A DNA stretch of 64,000 nucleotides from NCBI GenBank assembly GCA_039794085.1, contig JBDIWC010000007.1, forward strand, positions 1 to 64,000, in the 5' to 3' direction. The notes under the pieces were generated by a model, which did not search any database, was not told the origin of the DNA, and worked only from the letters and a program-made list of their open reading frames with translations. The position numbers and the translations under genes were made by a program. Position 1 is the first letter of the stretch, and each line of letters starts with the position of its first letter. Shown one piece after another: positions 56,297 through 64,000 of this stretch. This DNA comes from Gemmatimonadales bacterium. Its GTDB lineage: Bacteria; Gemmatimonadota; Gemmatimonadetes; Gemmatimonadales; GWC2-71-9.

Positions 56297-57280
56297 TTAC
56301 CTGCCGGCTCCGGTGACGTGGAGGGTCCGCTGATCGGCCACGACATCCGCGATGATCTGCTCCAGGGAGGTCCGGGGACGGTATCCCACCACCCGTTCCA
56401 GCTTTCTCACATCGGGCACCCGTCGCTGCATGTCCTCGAAGCCGGCCGCGTACGCCTCCGCATAGGGGATGAGGCGGATCTCGGACCGGCTCTCCGCCGC
56501 GGCCCTCACCATCTCCGCCAGCTGGAGCATCGTGACCTCGCGGTCCGACCCCACGTTGAAGACCTCGCCGACCGCTCCGGGCGTTCCGATGAGCCGCAGC
56601 GTTGCCTCCACCGCATCCTGCACATGGCCAAAGCAGCGCGACTGGGTCCCGTCTCCATAGACCGTGATCGGCTCGCCCCGAACCGCCTGGGCGGCGAAGG
56701 TCGGAAGCACCATGCCATAGCGTCCGGTCTGCCGGGGTCCCACCGTGTTGAAGAAACGGGTGACAATCACCGGAACCTGTTTCTCGCGCCAATAGGCGAG
56801 CGCCAGCCACTCATCGAGCGCCTTGGAGCAGGCATAGGCCCACCGGGAGTGGGTGGTGGGGCCGAGGGTCAGGTCGTCCTCCTCGCGGAAGGGAATCCGC
56901 AGACCCTTCCCGTACACCTCCGACGTCGAGGCGACCACCACGAGCTTCCCCTTCTTGGCCGCGGCACCCAACACCACCTCGGTGGCGCGCACGTTGGTCT
57001 CGATGGTGTGCACCGGACGCTCGACGATGAGGCGCACCCCCACGGCCGCCGCGAGGTGGACCGTGACATCGCACCGGTCCACCAGTTCCGCCACCAACGG
57101 AACGTCCGTGGCCGACCCGATCCGATACTCGAATCCCGGGCGCCCGACACAGCCGGCGATATTGTCCATGCTCCCCGTCGAGAGATCGTCGAGAACGAGA
57201 ACCTGGTCCCCGCGGGCCAGCAACCGCTCCGCGAGATGACTTCCGATGAATCCGGCTCCGCCGGTCACGCACACCTTCAT
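56297..57280 (-). CDS. NAD-dependent nucleotide-sugar epimerase/decarboxylase
   Basis: TGGAGFIGSH, ASTSEVYGK, YACSK, RFFNTVGPRQ. Confidence 0.93.
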   Translation of the reverse strand: MKVCVTGGAGFIGSHLAERLLARGDQVLVLDDLSTGSMDNIAGCVGRPGFEYRIGSATDVPLVAELVDRCDVTVHLAAAVGVRLIVERPVHTIETNVRATEVVLGAAAKKGKLVVVASTSEVYGKGLRIPFREEDDLTLGPTTHSRWAYACSKALDEWLALAYWREKQVPVIVTRFFNTVGPRQTGRYGMVLPTFAAQAVRGEPITVYGDGTQSRCFGHVQDAVEATLRLIGTPGAVGEVFNVGSDREVTMLQLAEMVRAAAESRSEIRLIPYAEAYAAGFEDMQRRVPDVRKLERVVGYRPRTSLEQIIADVVADQRTLHVTGAGR

Positions 57281-58524
57281 CCAGCCTCCTGACGGCGCGC
57301 CCGCCGGGCCGCGGCGCGCGCCACAATGTCGAGATACTGCGGAATCACGGCGGCCTCCGACCAGTGGGTCAGGAAGGCCTCCCGCGCAGAAACGGCCCGC
57401 CGTTCCCGGTGCCCGGGATCGGCCTGGAGCCGGTGCAGAGCGGCGCGAAGCTCCTCCGGCGTGTCGAACAACTCTCCCCCCCCGGCTCGCTCCACGATCT
57501 CCGGAAAGGGGCCGAACCGGCGCGCCACCACGGGGACCCCCTGCCGGAACGCCTCGATCAGGATGATCCCGAAGGTTTCATAACAGACCGAGGGCACAAT
57601 CAGTGCCACCGCGTGACGATAGATGCGGGAGAGCGTCTCGGGGTCGACCCGTCCCAGGAACCGGACCTGGGGCATCCCCTCCGCCAGCTGGCGGAGGTCG
57701 GGGGCGTACTCGCCGTCTCCCGCGACCAGCAGGTCGGCATCGGGGTAGTCCCGGAAGAGGGGGATGACGTCCTGAAGCCCCTTGATCCGCTCCAGTCGGC
57801 CCACAAAGAGGAAATACGGGCGGTGATGCACAGCGGGGGACCGGTCCCCCGAGTCCGGTTCCCCTCCCTCATCAGGGAGGAAATACGGCAAGACCTCCAT
57901 CGGACGGGGAAAGCCGAATTCGGCGTGCTTCCGCCGGCTGAACTCGCTCATGGCGATGAAGGTGTCCACCTGATCCAACGCCCGCTCGAGAGTGCCGAGG
58001 CGTCGCCACCACTGCGGGGGTCTCCGATAGCTCAGTTGACAGCGAATGCAGGCACGCTCGGGACACGGCTCCCGCCCGAATCGCCACAGCACGTGCGTGG
58101 GGCAGACGAGCCAATGTTCGTGCGCCATGTACAGCTTGACCCCTCGGCCGTACCGGAAGAGCCCGGGCCCTCCCACCAGGGAGACATTGTGATAGTTGAT
58201 CACGTCGAAACGGCCCTGGTCGAGAATCCGGCGGATGCGGGCCCCGGTCAGCACCGGGCGGCCGAATTGCTGGGTGAGCAGCGGGGAGAGGGTGCCGAAA
58301 CCGCTCCGCAGCGGGATCACGTCGAGTCCCGGGGTCGGTCCCGGGCTCTCCGGGAGGGGGCCTGGATGGAGGGCCGCGAAGGCATCGACGTCGTGGATCA
58401 CGGTCACATGATGGCCGGCGCGGACCAGCCCTAAGGCCAGTCGCTCGACTCCGATCGCGTCCCCCCCGAAGTGGTAGGGGGGATAGAAGGTGGTCAGGAA
58501 GGCGAAGCGAAGAGACTCGGTCAT
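57277..58524 (-). CDS. GT4 glycosyltransferase
   Basis: FYPPYHFGG, HEHWLVCP, VGRLERIKG, PSVCYETFGIILIEAF; ATGA overlap at 58524. Confidence 0.92.
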   Translation of the reverse strand: MTESLRFAFLTTFYPPYHFGGDAIGVERLALGLVRAGHHVTVIHDVDAFAALHPGPLPESPGPTPGLDVIPLRSGFGTLSPLLTQQFGRPVLTGARIRRILDQGRFDVINYHNVSLVGGPGLFRYGRGVKLYMAHEHWLVCPTHVLWRFGREPCPERACIRCQLSYRRPPQWWRRLGTLERALDQVDTFIAMSEFSRRKHAEFGFPRPMEVLPYFLPDEGGEPDSGDRSPAVHHRPYFLFVGRLERIKGLQDVIPLFRDYPDADLLVAGDGEYAPDLRQLAEGMPQVRFLGRVDPETLSRIYRHAVALIVPSVCYETFGIILIEAFRQGVPVVARRFGPFPEIVERAGGGELFDTPEELRAALHRLQADPGHRERRAVSAREAFLTHWSEAAVIPQYLDIVARAAARRARRQEAG

Positions 58525-59687
58525 GCCCGCGCCGCTTCCCGGATCGCCCCGAGGGTGGCAGCCGCCGTCCGGTCCCACGAGAGGGCTCGCGCCCGGATCA
58601 ACGCCACGCTCGCCAGGGCCTCTCTTTCCTCCGGGTGGTCCACCAGCGTTCGGATCGCCTCGGTAAGGGCGGTTCGGTCCCCCGGGCGGACCCAGATTCC
58701 CCCACCGTCCAGGAGTTGGGGGAGCGGGCTCTCCGTGGTGGCCACAACAGGGGTGGCGCAGGCGGCGGCCTCGACGGCCGGGAGGCCAAACCCTTCCGCC
58801 TCGGAGGGGAGGATGCACGCCACAGCACCGGTGTAGAGGTGACGCAACTCTTCGTCGGGCACGAACCCGGTCCAATGAACCAGCGGACCGGTCCCGAGGG
58901 TCACGATCGACCGGAGGAGAGACTCCCGGTGCTCGTGGAACACGTCGCTCCCGACCGAGCCGACCAACAGCAGGTGCACGGGTGTGGCCCTCGTCACTGC
59001 GGCGTGGGCCTCGAGGAGGACATCGAGTCGCTTGTGGGGATTGAACCCTCCGACATAGATGATCCAGGGAGTTCCGGCCGGCACCCCTGCTGCCGCACCC
59101 GCCCGGCGGACCTCCTCGGCGGGCGAGGGAGTGAAGACCGGGGCCGGGGCTTCCGGGGCCACTCGAAGGCGATCCCGGCGGACGCCGAGCACCCGGACCA
59201 GATCCTCCGCGGCGAAGTCGGAGACGGTCAGGACCCGGGTGGCCTGGGCGAGGGCGAGGCGCACCTTGAGGGTCCAGAAGAGGCGGGCCCGGCGCCCGGG
59301 GATGGTGAGTTCGGGAAACCGTTCCACGATGGCGTCGTGGATGGTGACCACGGAGGGAAGCCCGAGAGGGAGGGGAAACCAGGTGTAGACTGTCGGCGCG
59401 AAGAAGACATCGAGGCGGGCCCGGGCCACGGCCCGGTGCATCCGGAAAAGATCGCGGGGCGACCGGTAACCCTCCGCTGACGCGGCACGGGTCGGTGCGG
59501 CCTGCAGCGGGACCTCGCGCACCTGGACGCCCGGCAAACCGGGAAAGTCCCGCCGGGACTCGGCATCGAGGAAGCAGACGAACTCCTCTCCCGGGGCGGT
59601 CCGCACCAGGCCGGGGAGCACCTGACGAAGGAAACGTCCGTACCCCCGCCCGTTGGCCCAGGAGGTGGCGTCGATCCCGATCCGCAT
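58521..59687 (-). CDS. GT4 glycosyltransferase
   Basis: MRIGIDA, VVTIHD, YVGGFNPHK, PSEAEGFGLPAVEAAACA. Confidence 0.93.
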   Translation of the reverse strand: MRIGIDATSWANGRGYGRFLRQVLPGLVRTAPGEEFVCFLDAESRRDFPGLPGVQVREVPLQAAPTRAASAEGYRSPRDLFRMHRAVARARLDVFFAPTVYTWFPLPLGLPSVVTIHDAIVERFPELTIPGRRARLFWTLKVRLALAQATRVLTVSDFAAEDLVRVLGVRRDRLRVAPEAPAPVFTPSPAEEVRRAGAAAGVPAGTPWIIYVGGFNPHKRLDVLLEAHAAVTRATPVHLLLVGSVGSDVFHEHRESLLRSIVTLGTGPLVHWTGFVPDEELRHLYTGAVACILPSEAEGFGLPAVEAAACATPVVATTESPLPQLLDGGGIWVRPGDRTALTEAIRTLVDHPEEREALASVALIRARALSWDRTAAATLGAIREAARA

Positions 59688-59693
59688 CGGGCG

Positions 59694-61188
59694 TCAGGGC
59701 GACGCGGGAACGAGGGGGGGGGGGGGCGGGCCGGTCGAGGCGCTGCTCCTCGTGATACTCGAAGTCGGTGTTGACCTCCCAGACGTCGTGGGCGGCGCCG
59801 AACATGTTCCAGACGGCCATCATCGCCGTGAGCATCGAGTGGTCCTGGTTGTTGTACTTGTGCATCCCGTTCCGGCCCACGGTGTGCAGGTTGGGAATCG
59901 GATCGATGAACCCGCGGATGGTGTCGAGATGTCCGCGATACGCGGCGTCATAAATCGGATAGGCCTTGGGCATGCGGATCACGGTGCCGTCTCTCACCCG
60001 GGAAGCGGTGGCGATGCCCAACGCATCGAGTTCCCGGGTGGCAAGCGCCACAAGGTCGGCATCGGAGGTGGTCCAGAGGCCGTCTCCCTCGAAGCAGAAG
60101 TACTCCATGCCGAGACAGGTCATCCCCGGTTCCGGAATCATGGCCCGGCTCCAGTTGTTGAAGTTCTGGATCCGCCCCACCTGGACTCCCGGGGTGTGGA
60201 TGTAGATCCAGTTGTCGGGGAAGAGATTGTCCCCTTCGAGCATGAGAGCCACCACCAGGAAGTCCCGGTAGCCGAGCCCCCGGGCCGCGGCCTGCACCGG
60301 GGCGGGCACGGCGGGCGCGAAGGAGTGTACCAGCTCCCGCACCGGCATGGTGGAAATCACATGGCGCGCCGGGAAGAGTTGTTCCCCGCCCTCCGCGTTC
60401 CGGGCCCGGACTCCCGTCACCCGTCCCTCCTCCAGTTCGAGGGCGGTGACCGGGTGCCGGAGGAGAACCGGGTTCCCCATCTCCACGATCCGGTCCCGGC
60501 AGGTCTCCCACATCTGCCCCGGACCGAGTCGGGGGTACTGGAACTCATGAATCAACGTCTTGATCGCCGTGCTACGCCGGTTGAGCGAGGTGGCAGAGAG
60601 GATCGCCCGGGCGAGCGAGAGCCCCTGGATCCGCTGGGCCGCCCACTCCGCCCGGATCTCGGTGCAGGGCATGCCCCAGACCTTCTCGGTGTAGGTCTTG
60701 AAGAAGATCTCGAAGAGCCGCTTCCCGAACCGATTGGTGACCCACTGTTCGAAGTTTTCCTCCACCGGGTGGGGACGCCAGTGCCAGCGGAGGTAGCTCA
60801 GCACCATCCGCACGGCCTCGATCACGCCGAGCCCTCGAAGCGCGTTGCCGGCCTTGAGGGGATAGTCGAAATACTTCCCATCGTAGAGAATCCGGGACAT
60901 GCGCGGCACGGAGATGAACTCGTCCCCCAGAATCTCGTTCCAGAGGTTGAGCACCGGAGTGATCTTGGTGAAGAAGCGATGCCCCCCGATATCGAAGCGG
61001 TATCCCTTGTATCGCGCGGTGCGGGAGATGCCTCCGACCATGTCGTCGGCCTCGAGCACGGTGACGGGATATCCGTCGCGGGACAGGAGATAGGCTGCGG
61101 TGAGCCCCGCAGGACCCGCACCGACCACCACGACCGGATCTCCCGGCCGGATCGGATCGACTTCCCGTGGATGCGTCGTGATTCCCAT
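59694..61188 (-). CDS. FAD-dependent oxidoreductase (protoporphyrinogen oxidase/UDP-Galp mutase-like); stop codon out of frame because of a C13 tract
   Basis: GAGPAGL, DIGGHRFF, YTEKVWG, AYPIY, GRNGMHKYNNQDHSM; with C12 it ends ...PPLVPASP* at 59694-59696. Confidence 0.88.
59714..59726. repeat. G13/C13 homopolymer tract
   Basis: 13 consecutive G on the + strand. Confidence 0.95.
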
Positions 61189-61199
61189 TCCTGTCCCCT

Positions 61200-62117
61200 T
61201 CAACAGACCTGAGAGAGAGCGGTGCCGGGCCCGCACCAGAATCCCACCATTTCACCCGCCGCCCACCCGAGGGCGAAGAGCGCCAGGAGGGGCAGTGACC
61301 GGAGCAACTCGCGGCGGTGGCGGCCTTTGTTCCAGATGGTCCTGACAATCCGCAAATAGAGTACCGGAGGGAGGGCCACCCGGGCCGCGCCGGCCACAAA
61401 GCGGGCCGCGACAGGGGTTCCCGAGGCCCGGACACCCGCCCAGGCCCGGGAATAGAGGTATCGCTGCGACAGGTACTCTCCCACAGAGTAGTGTTTCTTG
61501 TGGCCGACACGAATCTCGGGATGGGAGACCAGTACGACACCGCCTCGCTGCATGGCCGCGTGGAGGTGATCCTCCCACCGACCGGCTCGCCAGGCCTCGC
61601 GGTGGGCGAGCAGGAGTTCCCGGTCGTAGCTGGTGTTGTTTCCGGTGATCCCCGGCACCGGCCCCGCCGGAAGGGGGGGGATCAGGTGATGGTACTCGCA
61701 GAGAAATGCGGCCCAGTCCACCAGGCGCTCGGTGGCCGCATTCTCCACGGCGCCGCCCACCACCTGTTCCCCCCGGGCGTGCGCCTCGAGGTGGGCGCGG
61801 GCCCACCCGGGCGGCACGATCACGTGGTCCTCGATCACGGCCACCACGGGCGCCGTGGCCGCTTCGAAGGCGAGGGCGCGCAGATCGGGAATCGAGGTGT
61901 CCACCGGCGCGGCGAGGACCAGCACGGACGGGAACCGGCCCGCCACCTCACGCCGGAGTGCCTCACCGACCCGGTCCACCACCAGAATCTCCAGTGGCGT
62001 CCGACCCGATTCCTCCACCAGAGCAACCAGGCATCCCGCGAGATCACCCAGGCCATTGACCGAGGGCACCACGACAGAGAGCTGGGCGCCGGAAGAACCC
62101 GTCACGGGCCCGGTCAT
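61200..62117 (-). CDS. GT2-like glycosyltransferase
   Basis: LSVVVPS, ILVVD, VIEDH, VVGGAV, GNNTSY, WED; ATGA overlap. Confidence 0.85.
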   Translation of the reverse strand: MTGPVTGSSGAQLSVVVPSVNGLGDLAGCLVALVEESGRTPLEILVVDRVGEALRREVAGRFPSVLVLAAPVDTSIPDLRALAFEAATAPVVAVIEDHVIVPPGWARAHLEAHARGEQVVGGAVENAATERLVDWAAFLCEYHHLIPPLPAGPVPGITGNNTSYDRELLLAHREAWRAGRWEDHLHAAMQRGGVVLVSHPEIRVGHKKHYSVGEYLSQRYLYSRAWAGVRASGTPVAARFVAGAARVALPPVLYLRIVRTIWNKGRHRRELLRSLPLLALFALGWAAGEMVGFWCGPGTALSQVC

Positions 62118-63004
62118 CCTGCTCGCACTGTGCGGTCGGCCGTGGCATACCCCACGAACTCTCCCGCCGACCAGGCGGAGAGGAACAGCATGGTCCAGGG
62201 GAGGGCGCGCACGAACTCCCGGGGTGCTCCCCGTCCCCCCCGCCTCGCCACCCGCAGCAGCAGGACCGCCGGGAGAACCAGAGCCATGAGGGCCCGGAGA
62301 ATCCAATGCCCCCCCTCCTCGCTGAGCCGGGCCCGGGCGTAGGCACGGCCATGGTCAAACCGGTCCTTCACGAAGGGCGCCACGCCGTACGTCAGATCCT
62401 GAGCCACGACCGCATGTTCGATCCGGATCACCCGGTCGCCTCGGGCACGGAGCCGGTCGTGCACGACGTTTTCCCAGGCTCCCTCGCCCATCCACCGGGC
62501 CACGTCGTCCACGATCTCCGAGGTATAGAGCACGTTAGCTGCGGTGATCAGCCTCGGGTCGGTTCCCGCGCCTGGCGCCACCAGGCCGTACTCGGCAAAC
62601 CAGGCGCCAAGGTCGACCCCTCGCTGCCGGTGGGTCGTGTCGACCGGGCCTCCCACAGCGGCGGCGGATCCGGACGCAGCCAGAAGCCCGGCCAACCATC
62701 CCTCGCAGGCCAGGCAATGATCCTCGGTGAGGGCCACCCGCGCCCCCCTGCTCCGGGCCAGCCCCATCCCCCGTGCCCGGGGCACGCTCGGGGCCCCGTC
62801 CACGGGAACGAACACCGCCGAGGGCCAGTGGGGTGCCATTGCCTCTTCGAGCGGAGTTCCCCCCGAGTGGGCCACGACGAGCTCGGCGCCATGGCGAGCC
62901 GCCTCCGGTGCCACCGAGCGAAGGCACGCCTCGAGACGCTCGGCGCTGCGTACGGAGGCAACGACCACGGAGATCCCCGTGCGCCGATCGGTCGACTCGA
63001 TCAC
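62114..63004 (-). CDS. GT2-like glycosyltransferase (paralog of the downstream gene)
   Basis: ISVVVAS, ALTEDH, AVGGPV, ANVLY, WEN; GTGA overlap. Confidence 0.83.
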   Translation of the reverse strand: MIESTDRRTGISVVVASVRSAERLEACLRSVAPEAARHGAELVVAHSGGTPLEEAMAPHWPSAVFVPVDGAPSVPRARGMGLARSRGARVALTEDHCLACEGWLAGLLAASGSAAAVGGPVDTTHRQRGVDLGAWFAEYGLVAPGAGTDPRLITAANVLYTSEIVDDVARWMGEGAWENVVHDRLRARGDRVIRIEHAVVAQDLTYGVAPFVKDRFDHGRAYARARLSEEGGHWILRALMALVLPAVLLLRVARRGGRGAPREFVRALPWTMLFLSAWSAGEFVGYATADRTVRAG

Positions 63005-63438
63005 CCGGTTTCCGGGGGCTCGGGCCTCTCCACCCCAGCGGACCGGAGCCGCTCCAGGAGATCGGCAGTGCGTGGAGGGCATGGCTCCCAGAGGGGGGGC
63101 AGGCCGAGATGAGAACCCCGGGCGGATCCGATCTCCCGGAACACCACCACATTGCCCACGGCCCGGGCCACCCCGCGCACCCGGGGGCAGAGCCCGGCAT
63201 CCACCTCACCCTCGGGACATTCGACGACGCTCACCGGGCGAAGAACCCCCACCTGGGCGGGGAAGCGGTCGACAGGGACAATCACTTCCACGCCCGGTTG
63301 GGTTGCGAGATCCTCCAGGTGGGAGGTGACCGTGGTGGTCCACTCCACCGAAGTGGCATCGGTCAGCACAACGGACAGGGAGGGTCGGGGCCACGGTACC
63401 GCATATGGCTCCGGGACCCCGGGCATCGGCTCAGTCAC
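63001..63438 (-). CDS. Hypothetical protein, possibly a degenerate GT2 N-terminal fold
   Basis: LSVVLTD...VEVIV...RVRGVARAVGNVVVF pattern; first gene after a sigma54 promoter. Confidence 0.6.
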   Translation of the reverse strand: MTEPMPGVPEPYAVPWPRPSLSVVLTDATSVEWTTTVTSHLEDLATQPGVEVIVPVDRFPAQVGVLRPVSVVECPEGEVDAGLCPRVRGVARAVGNVVVFREIGSARGSHLGLPPLWEPCPPRTADLLERLRSAGVERPEPPETG

Positions 63439-63479
63439 TGGTCACTCGCGGAAGCGGTCATGGAGATGGAGGGAGCCGG

Positions 63480-63495
63480 AGCAAGAGGGGTGCCG
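63480..63495 (-). promoter_or_regulatory. Sigma54 -24/-12 promoter of the leftward GT operon
   Basis: CGGCACCCCTCTTGCT, near-consensus. Confidence 0.8.
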
Positions 63496-63524
63496 TCTTC
63501 AGGGAAAAAGGCGGCTCCCCAACC

Positions 63525-63562
63525 GTTGCTTGTTCACTACAGTTGTGTTGTATTATTGCAAC
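63525..63562. promoter_or_regulatory. Tandem putative enhancer palindromes
   Basis: GTTGCTTGTTCACTAC (63525) and GTTGTATTATTGCAAC (63547), 22 bp apart. Confidence 0.65.
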
Positions 63563-63602
63563 ACTGGGGTATTGTTCCATCAGTTCACCCCGACAGGTGG
63601 TG

Positions 63603-63618
63603 GGGCCCACGGCTTGCA
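63603..63618 (+). promoter_or_regulatory. Sigma54 -24/-12 promoter of the UbiA gene
   Basis: GGGCCCACGGCTTGCA, GG-N10-GC with TTGC. Confidence 0.65.
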
Positions 63619-63680
63619 GGCCGGATTGCCGGGAAGGCGCTTTCGCAATCGTTTCGGCGGTCTCACCCCGGGGGTCTTCC

Positions 63681-64000
63681 GTGGATCACGGCATCGCAGC
63701 ATCACAACCCGGGTCGGAGCTGCACGACTGGGTTGCGCTCCTCCGGCCGTCCCACTGGGTCAAGAACGGATTCATTCTGGCCCCCCTCCTCTTCTCCGGC
63801 AAGGCGGGAGACCTTGAGCTGGTGATCCGGACAGGACTCGGGGTTCTCCTCTTTGCCCTCCTGTCCAGCGGGGTCTACGCGATCAACGATGTGGTGGACC
63901 GGGAGGCGGACCGGGCCCATCCCGACAAGCGGCATCGTCCGGTGGCTCGGGGGGCCATCGCCCCGGGGAACGCCCTGGCGGCGGGCATCGGGCTGGTGGT
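63681..64000 (+). CDS. UbiA-family polyprenyl-phosphate phosphoribosyltransferase (DPPR synthase-like), truncated by the window edge
   Basis: Translated by hand (absent from the ORF track): LLRPSHWVKNGFILAPLLFSG...YAINDVVDREADRAHPDKRHRPVARG. Confidence 0.9.
   Translation, partial: MDHGIAASQPGSELHDWVALLRPSHWVKNGFILAPLLFSGKAGDLELVIRTGLGVLLFALLSSGVYAINDVVDREADRAHPDKRHRPVARGAIAPGNALAAGIGLV

Noticed and set aside
54185..57292. 1035-aa plus-strand ORF and similar long antisense ORFs (39071-41656, 44641-47142, 47157-49742)
   Set aside because: Antisense shadows of well-supported genes, as expected at high GC; no motifs
57277..61236. 1319-aa oxidoreductase-GT4 fusion protein
   Set aside because: The middle ~390 aa is the off-frame shadow of the real GT4 at 58521-59687; explained by the C13 tract

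Overview
GC-rich bacterial window; gene style suggests Gemmatimonadota (inference, not verified). It is almost entirely one large cell-surface locus. It encodes a Wzc/Wza/priming-transferase export module, exosortase plus EpsI and a PEP-CTERM cargo protein, a sigma54-dependent response regulator with a soluble histidine kinase, about ten GT2/GT4 and three GT-C-type glycosyltransferases, two flippases, NDP-sugar tailoring enzymes (CDP-glucose pathway, C-methyltransferase, B12 radical SAM) and a DPPR-synthase-like UbiA at the right edge. Points of note: (1) an embedded VTC-domain/DUF4956/TPR/CotH-kinase/metallophosphoesterase operon, possibly an undescribed polyphosphate-fuelled periplasmic phosphorylation system; (2) a sigma54 regulon readable from the DNA, with eleven GG-N10-GC promoter candidates and a recurring GTTGC-N6-GCAAC palindrome; (3) repeat elements at all four convergent gene junctions, including a 322-bp modular palindromic array; (4) a C13 tract that removes a stop codon; (5) a REC/degenerate-GGDEF probable c-di-GMP receptor. 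No rRNA, tRNA, CRISPR or transposase was seen. All calls come from motif recognition by eye; no database search was run.
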